The notes beneath the pieces are model-generated. The model searched no databases. It saw nothing but the letters and a program-made list of their open reading frames with translations, and was not told the DNA's origin. This document shows positions 26,112-39,300 of a DNA stretch of 64,000 nucleotides, one piece after another. The translations under genes and the position numbers were made by a program. The stretch's first letter is position 1, and each line of letters opens with the position of its first letter. Origin of the DNA: Lingula anatina (Eukaryota; Animalia; Brachiopoda); assembly GCA_051362555.1 (NCBI GenBank), contig CM120641.1, forward strand, positions 39,004,401 through 39,068,400. Direction: 5' to 3'.

Positions 26112-28469
26112 TTTATGTTACACATATGGTTTTGTAAGACCCACCGAGAACAATGGCAATGAAAATGTAGCCCGAGTTCCTGACCTTGCATCCTTACTCC
26201 ACTGTCGGTCCAACGATTGTTACGTAAACACAGTGAGACGTTCGCTCCTCTTTGCCCTACATATCGTATAGATTAGACCGTATACATGCTTATATGTAAC
26301 AAAATGTGTCTGTAGAATTCAGTAGAAACCCTACCTCAGCCTTGGAACCATTTTCTCCCTTAATAATTCTCCCTTAATACTGATGAGAGGTAACAATTAA
26401 AATATATTACAATGCATAATGTTATTAAATGCATTCATCTGTACAGGAATAATTTGAATCGAATTGATTTGAAATGAATCAAATATTTACTATCATTCCC
26501 GCATTGGTACTATATAGCCTTGTACATGCCACATGAGTTCTGGGTACTACTGTAAAAAATCTCCCTTCGATACCCGTTCAGTACGTCTAGACAAAGGCTT
26601 CACTTACCTCTGGAGTGGCAGGTGTGAAAAGCTAAACGTTAAACATAAAGAAAGAAAAAAAATCATTAACGAATTTGTGTGTAAGAAAAAACAAGAAAAC
26701 AAACCCTTCCTTCAATCACGTACCCTTACCAGAACGGGTAGTAAGGGGGGGGGGAGGGGGGGGGGGGCTTTACTGTGAACCGGAAATTCGACATCAAATT
26801 TCTCAAATCCACAGTGAATCCAAGGTGGTTAGCATAGATAGTATTCGACAGGTGTCAGTGGGGTGTCACCATTCACACGCCAGAAAGTGATACGGACTGC
26901 CTCCTTCTGCAGATACTTACACAAGCTTGCTGTAATTTTTTTCTAAATATCATGGAATATTGATAACAGATTCACATGCAGCCAAAATCACTATTAGACT
27001 ATTATATTATCCCCAAGTGAAAATACCAAGTATTGAAAGAAATCACACTAAAGGTATCCTAGCTATGCGGATTTTCCCCTCCATATGTATTTTTCTTAAG
27101 AGAAAAAACAGTTTTATCCTACTCATGAATTATTACTCGGATTGCATTTGGATTGGATGTTTTATGTCATTTCTATTTAAACAATTTCATTCTAAACGAA
27201 CCATACTATTCATTTAGACTGTTAAAATCGCAATAGTCTTACTGACCTTTTAGAAGGTAATTTAAGACACCAAGTGCATCTATTTGAGGTATTTCATAAA
27301 TTATAAAGTCTGAATAAGGAAAGATTTAAGTTTTAGAGGTTATGCTCTAGTAGTGTCCGATACCTCAAGGATAGACCTCTATAATAAAATAGTATTCTAT
27401 GACACACCACACAGGGAGCTATGTAATACTACCTATGCATCACCCAACGCTTCTACTGCACCGCACCACCACGTGGGAAAACATTTACTGGGACTCCAAA
27501 ACATCTCATGATCATCATTTTATGGTCTTAATAGTGATTAACGTCACAAATGTACTTAACGGTGCATTGCTCCATAACTCAAAGCAGATCACTCAAACTC
27601 GCCGTCTTTGGTATACTTCGGATTTTGATCTCAACAAATATTTAACGATGATCTGAGACCATGGCATGTGCAATATGCATCGAATGGCTATTTGTCAAGT
27701 AAACGACACGAATAAAATCACAGACTACAGATGGTCAGGATCGTGGCACTCTTGTTGTGCGACACGATCTAGGCCCCTTACTACATGTAAAAATAAAACA
27801 CTTCTAAACTCCATACTTCGGCTTATACTTACCCTATGAACTCATTTCGGTATACACAAATCCTGTTAACAAGCTCACGTGTGTCTCCAGAACAGCAAAT
27901 GCACCTCGAAGTAAAAGTAAGCCTACAATGCATTGGGAAAGTCGACTGGAAAGTGCGTTGATTAGAATGCTGCTTAAAATACTTATCGAGGTTGGCAAAT
28001 ACTATGAAAACACTTAGCCTCAGTCAGCGCAGTGACTGTATATCACGCGTTTCAGGCGTTTGGTTTCCTGGTGACTGTTTTTTTAGTAGTGTTACGTAGA
28101 TGAGTCTCAGCGAGGACTCACAGTTTCGTGAGATCTAGTGGCATGTAGATCTGAGGCAGTCTATTTTCAGTCTACTTTCACATGACAGTCCAAGAAGCAA
28201 AAGCGAAATATGCGTCACTTTGTGATCCTTGAAGGCAAGAAGGGCACTGCGCAGAAATTGCAACCCATGTGCTGAAGGGTTCCCAGCAATGGTGATGTGT
28301 CTGGCATATAATGTATCACTAACCTAATTACTTCTGTTTGATAGTTTATATTTTTACACTCCACAAGGACAGAGCTTGTAAACGGAAACTGAGTTCGGTA
28401 AATACACACGAATGATTGTCAGCCAACATTGTGGGTGTTCCGCCTATTACGTTGTTTTATTCAGTTTAT

Positions 28470-28879
28470 CACCCCATTTCCATAGATTAGATCGACCTAC
28501 TTTAGATCGACCTAACTCCCTGGGGGTTCACGCTAAATAGCTGTCAGCCGGGCGGACACGAAAGTTAATTATCCCCTTACAGCTTGTAGTAGGCGGGACA
28601 GACATTTAAGTCGGATTATCTGAAAGTAATCTAGTGAGACTCCCCGCGGGGATAGATCGATCTAAAATCTATGGGAATAGAGCCTAAGTCGATCTATCCC
28701 CGCGGGGAGTCTCACTAGATTACTTTCAGATAATCCGACTTAAATGTCCGTCCCGCCTACTACAAGCTGTAAGGGTTTAATTAACTTTCGTGTCCGCCCG
28801 GCTGACAGCTATTTAGCGTGAACCCCCAGGGAGTTAGGTCGATCTAAAGTAGGTCGATCTAATCTATGGAAATGGGGTG
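28470..28879. repeat. 410-bp near-perfect palindrome (inverted dimer of a ~220-bp interspersed repeat)
   Basis: Arm 28470-28660 matches the reverse complement of arm 28689-28879 with about 3 mismatches around a ~28-bp spacer. The monomer is clearly related to copies at 55974-56197 and 57908-58132. Confidence 0.92.
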
Positions 28880-29710
28880 TATGTGTTGTGGAGTTACATG
28901 CATCCTGGTTCGTGGTTATCTCTATCAGGACCGCAGATTAATTATGTGCACTTTTCTCTAACACGAGACATATTTGTGAATACCTAGTGAAAAACCAATC
29001 TGTGGCCCTGGTAAAGGGAAGCTCGCGATGAAACAAAAGACACAAAATGCAGATCAGGGGCTACTGTGTAACGTTTTTTCTTGGTTAAACATGGGTTTAA
29101 GGTTTAAAAATGGCAGCTGTGTGCTAATGTCTAGCTTATATCCTAAGATTAATCGATTGCCACGAGAAAAAACATCTCTCTTTGTTGCCATTGATTAAGT
29201 TTGCGTCTGCCGTGTGCTAATTAATTACACAGACTGCTTCACTTTGACCCAAGGTAAGGTCATCTTCAATTTATGTTAAAACTAAAAATGAACTGATTTG
29301 AGATGGTTCGTTTTCCAGACCAGTTCGACAGATCAAGCACCTCAGCTAATAAGTCTCATGTTCTTAAAAATCCAAATAGCTCTCTTGTCTAGATTTTCCA
29401 TAGGAGCATGTCCTGGAGGAGAAGTGAATGTTGATTTTTTTCGAGGTTGTCTAAGCACGTTGCAAGCACACCCTCAAAATAAATTTAAAAAAGAGAATAA
29501 ATAAACGACCAAAGTAATGAATCATTTAAAACTACACGAAAAAAGGTATAAGAATTAGAAATTGCTGCTGAAAAACGAATGCTGACTTTTGAGAGGGTCA
29601 ATGGGTGGGGTCGGGTGAAGGGGGTGGGCAAATGTTTTCTTGTCTGATGGGGTACGGGACGTGATCTGATAAATCTTTGCTTTCATCGAAGTGTTTAACT
29701 AGTGAATGAA

Positions 29711-29745
<35 letters not shown>

Positions 29746-30179
29746 GAGTTATGTAATTGATCTGATTAATAAGTATTTTATTACTTAGTTACACCATATC
29801 AAAGTATTGAAACAAAATAAGGTGAGATAAGAAATACGAAGCCATAAACAATTGAAGCTTTTGAAGGAGAGAGGTGATTAACGATCTCGGTTGCTCGATC
29901 GAATTTCAAAATTGAAAACGCAGTCGTTGTTGCAAATGGATCAGACAAATGGGGTTAATTTTGGTTTTTCGGGAAAATTAACAAAATATGAAAGTCATTC
30001 ATGCGATCTTACTATCGTAAACTTCCCTGTTTCCAATTCTAATAGCTTTTCCTTGTCACATGTGACACACTTTTAGCTAACGGATTTCCCATTATGTTCG
30101 AAAAATGTTGTAAGCTGTCTTTATACAAATTTTTTGAAGGCGTGATTAAAATTCATTTCTGAGTAGAGTAGACTGAGTA

Positions 30180-30477
30180 GAGGGTCCCAATGGGTATTTT
30201 CATTATCCGTGAAAGTTATTTTCTATTTCCCAAGATGCGTAAAACGTTCATATTATTTAGTGATATCCGTGAAGCACCCCATGCCGTAATTACTCGTGAA
30301 TGCGTCTTTTTATTTCTCGTCCTTCGTGAAACGAATTCATAATATTGGCGATTCGTGATTTACAACTCGTCCGACTCAATTAGATATGGATAAAGTTTTA
30401 TTTGTTAACTGACATTTGATGATTCCATTTCCTGTGAACTGTGGTCACTACCCTCCCCTTTCACCGATGGGACCCTC
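30180..30477. mobile_element. Short-TIR non-autonomous DNA transposon with repeated CGTGAA motifs
   Basis: GAGGGTCCCA...TGGGACCCTC termini; flanks TGAGTA / TAAGTA (6-bp TSD with 1 mismatch); several internal CGTGA(A/T) motifs. Confidence 0.65.
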
Positions 30478-32339
30478 TAAGTAAGTGAATCATCAGGATG
30501 CTGACAAGGAGACTAATGGCATTAATTTTTTTCCAAAGCCCATATCATTATTTGTATGCTGTTACAACTTCAGGTGCTGTAGGAAGGGTAACTTCAGCTA
30601 ACTTGTTCACGAGACCTTGCGGAACGAATTGCCATTTTAGGGTTTAACCTGAATTTGATGCCTTACAAAAATATTAACGGCTTGTTAACGAGGCGACAAA
30701 TTGCGCTTGTTTTCATTGATAGAAATCTTCTTCTTGTACCTAAAACGGACTTTTTGAAATATAGCGCTTTATCAGCACTTAAAAATTGATGGTCACGATA
30801 ATTTTGGATGATGATTAATAAAACGATAATCAAAATCGTAATAAATTTAGATGTAGGTCTAGAAAAATTTCCAGGAATACAAGAAAAGAAGGTTTTTTTT
30901 CCAGTCCACTAATGACCAAATTAACCAAAATTTCTGCCTTAAAAAGCATTCTCCTTTTCTCATACACATACAAAGGCACATTTTCCCATCATTTTCTTTC
31001 GCGTTTTATATTTCTTTGTTTGGGATATGCTTTTGGGAAATGAGTAATTTTTCTAAAAGTACAGACTTGACATTAAATATGAAATATTTTTTCTAAATCA
31101 TTTCCTTTCTCTCCTACTTTTCCGACTTGAAGTGAAATCAAGGATTTGAATCTTGTTTAAATAATTTTTAATAATCTTTTCAGTGTTATTGTGACGTCAG
31201 TTCTTAAATTGAATTCACCTCATTAAGCAAACAAAAATAAATGGCTGATTCTTAGTCAAAAACGACCATTATAAGCGTATTTCAATCTCCATATTTTCCG
31301 AATTGTCAGCTGTGAAAATGTTAAACGCTCCACAAAGGACATTCATATCAGTGGCTAGTATCAGTAACAGTTAGTGGTGCGTCTGGCCTTATCTGGGTAC
31401 TACGAGGGCTCGATAGCAGCAAGGTATTCCTTCTGGCAGGTTTGGAATTTGAACTAGAATAATATTCTAGGCATCGATCGGTGCTTGTTCAATTTGGTTC
31501 AGATTCGTAGTAGGCCTACCACCAGTAGGCCGTTAATACGGCCAGTAGGCCTACTAGGCCTACGTTACCCCCTACCCAAAGGTGGTTGCTTTGCTAAATT
31601 GGCATTATCAGATAAAGACTAAATTCAAATGAAATACCTTCAACGAGCAGAACCAAAAAAAAAAAAAAAAAAAAAAAAAAAGATTTAAGAGCTCCCTAAA
31701 ACTTTAATCCCCTAATTGTCTTCATCTGGGAACAATCACGAGGACGTAGAAAGCAACCTGTAGGCGCGCGTTTTACCTTACCGCGTGTTAGGGGTCGTTT
31801 GGTGGGGAATACGTCTCTGTCAGGTGGCAGACATCACAGATTCCGAAAGTAGCAAATTGTCTGGCTGAAGCATTACAAAATAATTGAATGAGGCACATTT
31901 GATGCATTTACAACTTTCCGTAAAATCGTATATAAATGTGATATGTCTGGAGATCAGCAGAAGCAGGCTAAGTATAGCAAGTATCAGAGTTTTTCACTAC
32001 TAGACCAAACTACTGACAGAAGGCAGAAGCTAAAAGTAGTAGTAGTAGTCACCAAGTAGTGGACAATGATACTTTGAAAACAAAATTCTCATTTCCGCCT
32101 AAATCAAATACTGTTCATGAATAGGGGGCATTCTGTAACAGTATATATTCCCGAAAATACTTTAGAAATTATTTATATGAGTTGTTGGTGCGTCCTAAGA
32201 CCCCGTAAGACGTATCAGATCGAAGGCAAGGCTGGTCTGAGTTGATGGAAAAAAGTGACCTGAATTGAGCTGAAATAAATAACCTCGGTGAAAAGAAAAA
32301 AATTCCATAATTTTATTGGAATCATAGGTTTGTTGGAAA

Positions 32340-32900
32340 AACCATATCATAAACCATTAGATAAAATTTTATATTTAATTATATTAAGTATGTAACACCG
32401 ATGATTGAAAAACCGTTTTACCTTTTGGCTTGGATCTAACATAGTACACAGGACAAGTTCGAAAATCAGCATGATCGGACCATTTTTTTCTAAAGTTATG
32501 CTGTTTTTTTTTCTTTTTTTCAGCATACATGGAACACTGATAACACATTTCAAGGAAAACCAATTGTCTTGTATTTCACAGGAGTGATCAATCTTACTAA
32601 AATACAATATAGTTTGAAAATCAGTTATGATGTATTGTGTAATTAAGTGTAAAAAGTGGAAATAAACTCATATCATTCAGTTTGTCAGATTCAATCATTC
32701 ACTATGCCCAGAATCTCGGAATGGAGCAAATTGGACTTTTAAAATTGTTCTATTGATATTATTCCTATGTGAACAATTTTCTTAGTTGATCATATAAAAA
32801 TGACAGTAAATTGATCATTTTGTTTTATGTAAAAAAAGTGTTGAAATGGAAAAAAATGCATTTCAGTACAGTTGTCTCTTGTGTACAAATTGGCATTTTG
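32340..32900 (+). mobile_element. Fragment of a HINE/Helentron-like repeat (same family as 39322-40145)
   Basis: 32449-32600 (CAGGACAAGTTCGAAAATCAGCATGATCG...) and 32630-32870 (GTATTGTGTAAT..GGAAATAAACTCATATCATT..CTTAGTTGATCATATAAAAATG) align by eye with 39513-39665 and 39891-40130. Confidence 0.7.
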
Positions 32901-33303
32901 AGGGCTTGATAATAGAAATTTCATGGGCCTGAAGACTTTTACTAGTCTTATTTTTTAAAAAATATCCATGTTACCTACAGTGCATTATCAAATAATGGTG
33001 TTCATTATGCTGTTAAGCATTATGTAATATTGCATCAAAATTGAAGAAAACCGTATTATGGGCACTGCCTCCAAACCTTAATACTAATAGATAAATAGTT
33101 TATACTTCTGTCCTTGGCACAACTATTTCAGTGAACATACCAAATAATGCATCAGATTTATTTTTGCGCCATTTGATACCATAATAATACTAAGAGAATA
33201 TTAAGCTGTCGGGACACACACTATCCTGTAATTATTGACCAGTTGACATACTGGCAAGAATACCATTTAGTTTATGATCGAATTGCATTGTATATATGAT
33301 TAG

Positions 33304-36300
33304 GTTTTGACTTGTTGGAGACACCAATTAGCAGTGTGACATCTGTGGATCCACTCTCCAGTGGTACTGCCAGAAGACCAAGTTCCTCCTCTAGCTCCTT
33401 CATTGCCCCTCCTTCAAATGTGAGAATAGGTGATGGGAGCCATACACACAGTGTTAGATCATCCAGGTAAAGTTTTAAAGCTCTTTTAGTGGACTAAAAT
33501 ATCATTTTGCTGTGGTTTGAGAGTTTTTTCTTTTTTCTTTTATTTTTTGACAATTCTCTCATACTACACAAATTTTGAAGTGCCAAATTCAATATTAATT
33601 TGAAATGAGAATATCTTTAAAAATATGCAATATTAGTATTAAAGATGGAATGATACTTTACCACACTTGTGCATAAAAGTATAAAAGCTTTCAGGCTCTT
33701 GGTTTTATACCAGTTTCCGTTAAGAGTGATTGCACATGTATATAAAAATGCAAATGGGACCTCAATTAATTATATAGATTTACAGACTAGAAAATGCCTT
33801 TAAGGTAAATCACATAAAACTTTTTCCTCAACTTAGTGTTTTTTAAAACTTCATTTCAAATAATAAAAGAAGGGAAAGAGGTCAATGCATCTATCAGTAA
33901 AACTGTTGAACTTGGTTGATGGGAAAAGCATGGTAAAAAAAAAAAAAATACTACTATTAGACAAAGAGATGTATGGAGAGGAATTTTTTACAGACAAACT
34001 TACAACCCAATTTGCTGTAGGATGTTAGCTATAATAGATGTTTATTATAAAAGTATACTAAGAAATAGTCTACTTTATATTTTAATGTTCATATTGCAGT
34101 TCCACCCTCAGTAGAACGACTAGAACTACCCAAAGCAATCAGACAGGGTCAGTAAATACAACTGACCACACCCTCTCTTCCTCTACCATACCCAGGTGTG
34201 TTACCCCAGGGTCACGTAGGGTTCACAGAACACCCCATGGATCCTACAGTGCCACCCCAAGGAATCCAAACACTGCCTATGTTGTTGGTATGGTTCAGTT
34301 TTACATTTATAAAATAAGTTCACTCATGATTTCTGTGTTGAAGTTGCAAGATATCACTTCCTAGCTACTGAGTACAGTTGAGGGCACTTTTCCGGTATGT
34401 CAGTAATAATAATAATGATAATAGTAATAATAATGATGATGACGATGATGAGGATGATAATAATAATAAAAAAAATTATAATGATAATTATATAGAAATG
34501 ATAATAATGAAGATGAATTGTAATGAAGTTTTGTAATGAACCTAACTTGTGTTATTGAAACTGTCGCAGCAAAGTGCAAAATGTTCTTTTTCTGACTTTA
34601 TGATATTGACTTAGTTCCTATTAGGTCATTATTATGGAAAATATAGTGGTATGTTTAAAAAAAAGTATAAAATTCAGCTTTGGTGGAAGGCCGAGGATTA
34701 GCACGTGGAGAAATTGGAATGGCCTGTATTGACCTGAAGAGCCCTGTGCTGGTTGTGTCCCAGTTCTCAGACAGCCAGACATACATCAAAGTAATGACAA
34801 AGCTCCAGATCCTGCAGCCTGCGGAGGTACATTGAGTAGCATTTACATACAAATATGTATCAGAAGCTATTTGATAAATAATGATTTGTTGATTTATAGT
34901 TTATTAAATGTCACTTATGTTATTGAAAGTGCCAAATTAACACATTTCCACCAGCTTAGAATGAAATATTTTCAGTTTTATATAATCACAATTTTACATT
35001 GAAGCAAATTTGAAATTTAATAGAACATTGTGTGAAAACATAGATTTTATTAATTTTATTAATATTTTCCAGTTTATTAAAACTAAAGTTAAAGATTGTT
35101 TACCAGTTATTAATAATTATGAATAGTGTTTCCAGTATAAGGGGTTACTTATCTTTATTTCAAAAAAATGTAAGTGACCATGAATTATTTTTCAGATCAT
35201 CATGCCCAACACAGTGTGTGAAAGTGGCAATATGACTACATTGTTCAAGCAAATAAGCAATACTTTTCAAAATGCAAATATTGCTACTGTTCAAAGGAAA
35301 TATTTTAATGAGACAAAAGGTATATATTGTTCTTTCCATTATGTAAGGGTATTCGGATAGAAATAGGATATTAATACTGGGGGGGGGGGGGGGGCGTGTC
35401 ATTCAATTAAGCTGGTTGCACTCTGTGAGAGTCCCTGCAGAGAGGATGATTGAGTATCTTATAGTTTTTCCCTTTCGTGTCTTTAGCTATTTGTTTACTT
35501 GTAGGTTTACAGTACATCAAGCAACTGAGTTTGCCAGAGTGTACAACAGTGGAAATGGAGCTGGCTGGAAAGTAGGTTCAGATGAGAGTCATTTTTTCTG
35601 CATGTTTTGCTCTATTCTAAAATCTCAAAGATGAGTCATATCATAGTTGGCTGTGTAAAATAAGTTTGGCAAAGGTAAAAAACAAATTTTAGATTAAATT
35701 AATATGTGATAGAAAATGTGAAGAGAAAATTAAGCAATGAAATTGTTGAATATGCAGATGTGACAGATATGCTTAGGGAAAATTGACATACTGCTCCGAA
35801 ACTACTCTTCACTATGCATATGTTGTCATTTCATTCTTCATGAGCTTCAACATTGGGGTAATAAATTTGTTTTATAACATCAAGTTGCTTAAGGGTTTTC
35901 ATAAAATTTAAAAGTTTGGGTCATTTTGGATCTCAGCAGAAAAAATTGGGTATTTTTGGATGCCCAAAAAAAAACTGCAAATCATTGAATGTCACAATTT
36001 TTTTAAATGGGACTTGATTCCCATGGAAGTATGCCTAGAACCCCTCAGAAAATAGAAACACTGTATCACATGATAAATATGCAAATAATACTGTAAAAAT
36101 GCCCCTCTGGCATATTTACATAGGTTGTACTTTGTTTTAGTACATGAGTAACATCCCAGTTTATTGTTTTGATGTCTTTCTGTGAAAGATACAAAGTAAA
36201 ACAATACCATATTTTTCCATACAATAACAATATCGCCATAAGGGAAATGTATCATATTCTGCAATTTCAACAAAACAGGTTGCTGCAGAGATTAGATGGA

Positions 36301-39300
36301 CCTACAGTATATTCCAAACATAAAGCATTGTGATCTGGTTGTACTGTTCAAGTAATCAATATACCACTGAGAAATACCTAGGTCATACTGTTATTATTAT
36401 TATTATTTCTATAACATGTACATTATATTTTTTTTAGTATCTTTACATGTTTTTTTTTACTTCAGACTGTATTATGACACATTGTCATTCTATATACAGT
36501 ATTCTTTATATATTTGTAATAGATTATTTAGTGAAATGTGATAAAGATTAACATAATTACACCTTAGGTATTACTGCCTTGCCACTACTGCTGCCCTACT
36601 GAAGTATGTTGAATTTATTCAGAATGTTGTATATGCACCAAGCTCTCTTAAGGTGATCTTCAAAGGGAGTGAAATGACCACAATGATTGGTGAGTTTTTC
36701 TACTCATCTAAAAGTTTGCTAAATCAAAATCACGTCAGATCCAGTGACTGAAATTTTACCAAATTGTTCTCATAATAGTCACATAAAAGATATAATTACA
36801 GTGATAATCAAAATCGGTATGGCACACACCAGTAACATGTACACTCTTTCGTTTATTATATATTTATTACTTTACAGATTCAACTACAGCTGGAAGTCTT
36901 GAACTGCTTCAGAATCTCCAAGACCCTAAGAGTGAACATACTCTGTTTGGCATGCTTAATTTCACCAAGACAACTGGAGGAGCCAGGTTGCTGCGGTCCA
37001 ACATACTGCAGCCTCCATGTGGTAAGAATTCAAATCCAGGGATTTTTTTTTTTTTTTTTGCAGTTGAACTGAAGTATGCTTAAATCATGTGTGGAATTGA
37101 TAATGCCCATTAAAATAAAAAAAAAAGGTCTACATAAAATCTGCAACAAAAATTTCTCATTTGTGAAAAGTTGGAAGACTAAGAAAGTTTAATCTACGAC
37201 TTATAGGGCTTGTTATTAAGAAGAAGAAAAAATAATGCCATTTAGTGAGAAGTTTTCAAAATGCCTCTCTTTTCTTCACAAACTTACCAGTTGCTGTAGA
37301 AAAAATTTTCTATTTTATGTGCAAGTTAATATATGTGTGTTTTGCAATAGGATGTCATCTGCTGTATTAATAACTCTGACTTGCATTATGAACCAGACTT
37401 GATAATTTAATCTCGTTTCTGTAAAATTAACACAGCACAGACATAGTGGTTCATATATGTCAATCCACTGTATTCAGATTCAGTGTTATTTCTATTATTC
37501 CCAGCACCATGGAAAAAGAACTTCTAAACCAGCATATTCTTTCATATACTGAATACATCTATTGTATATGTATGGGACGACTATACATGATGAAATAAGA
37601 CCGCATTCACAATGATTTTAGCCAGGCTTTACAAATCCTGAGACTAAATATGGCGGACGTACATGAAAGAAAAACCGCCTAATCTTTTAAAAGTCTCTCC
37701 GCCTCTCACACGCCTCCCCACACGTCGTCCCTGCGGGGTACAGTCATTAAATCTCGACTCCGTTCGCCATGCGGAAGCTACCTGAGAAATATTAAGTGCG
37801 CATGCTCATCAATTAAACTCAAGGTGAAGAAAGCATGGCGGCTGGAGGTGATCGAAGGAAAAAAGCTCTTCTGTTCTATTATCTCTCAAAACAGAGCAGC
37901 AATGAATCGGCTATCTACGGAGATTATGTCACCAGAGATATTCACGGAGATACCCAGCCCCAGTAGACGGAGGATGAGGAGGGCAGAATTTTTGCGTATG
38001 CAGTCTCGTCGGGCGCAGTTTGTTCTGATGCTGATGTTTGCCTTTTTCCCTACACCTGATCGAACTGGAAGGGGGGGGGTGTGGTGTTTTCACGATTTTG
38101 ATCCCAATTCATAGCTGCTCTACGGGCCAATTCATTTCTTTTTCTCAGATAGCTTCCACATGGCGAACGGAGCCGAGATTTAATGACCGTACCCTGCAGG
38201 GACAACGTGTGGGGAGGCGTGTGAGAGGCAGAGACTATTAAAAGATTAGGCGGTTTTCCTTTCATGTACGTTCGCCATATTTAGTCTCAGGATTGGTAAA
38301 GCCTGGTTCAAATCGTTGTGAATGCGGTCTAAGAAAAAAGTGCTTTTTGATGTGAACAGATAAATAATTAAGATACACTAAGAACAATTTTCAAGCTGGT
38401 CCCAGTGTAAAACTTCATTATTCTATATACAGACCTGGAGACGATAACCACCAGACTTGATGCTGTACAGGAGTTAACAGAGAATGAAGAACTTTTCTAC
38501 AACTTGCAGTCTGTGTTGTCCAGATTCATGGACATTGACCACCTCCTGTCCCTGTGTGTCCAGCTGCCCAAGCAGGAGACCCTAAAGACAGCAGAGAACA
38601 AGATAACCAATGTGATCTACCTGAAGCACACTCTGGAACTGGTGGAACCTTTGAAAGAGGCTCTAAAGGACTCCACAAACTCTCTCTTCAAGGCATATCA
38701 TGATGTATGCAGTATAAATAATTAATAGTGTGTGTCACAACTTGGATAGGGGCAGAATTTTTTCTATACACAGACACTGAATATGTTTGTATATATTATG
38801 ATCACTGTGTCTGTCCATATTGTCGCCATTGCCATCCAAAACATTAGTCCTCATTACTGCCAAGCATTTTTTTTGATGTACTTTGAATTTACTCAATAGC
38901 ATTATTTTGTGAAAGGGTTTCTTTAAAAAATCATGATCAGTTTATCTTACAAGAGTCACAGATTTTTTGCCCCCATAACTGCTAAACTTTACTTTTGTTT
39001 TAATACAAATTAGCTAAGGGGCTTTGTATTTTAATAAGGCAAGCTCCTCTTGAAAATCAACATGATATGATTATTTTTATGAAAGCTATTGGTTTTTCCT
39101 TTTTGCATTTATTTTGGCAATGTTCAACCTCAAGTGTCATACCTTATTTTTGTTTTACTTCAAATTTGTAGAGTGATGTCATGTATTATGTTAATTAGGC
39201 AGGTTCCTTTTGAAAGTCACCTCAGGAGTATTTTTTACAAAAAGTATGTTTTTGGTGTCTGTATATATTTGCCTGTTTTGTTGTCTTGTTTTTATCAAAA

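Noticed and set aside
29595-29628. G-quadruplex-compatible G-runs (also poly-G at 26745-26768)
   Set aside because: Such runs are common in this window and nothing points to function.
31943-32225. Candidate MSH4 first coding exons (ATG 31943; ATG 32117/32177 with GC donor at 32226)
   Set aside because: ATG 31943 has no good phase-1 GT donor before its stop, and the other needs a non-canonical GC donor and has no recognisable similarity. Left unresolved.
37824-38265. ORFs of 96, 67 and 71 aa inside the Harbinger MITE
   Set aside because: Too short and no DDE or Myb/SANT motif was recognised.
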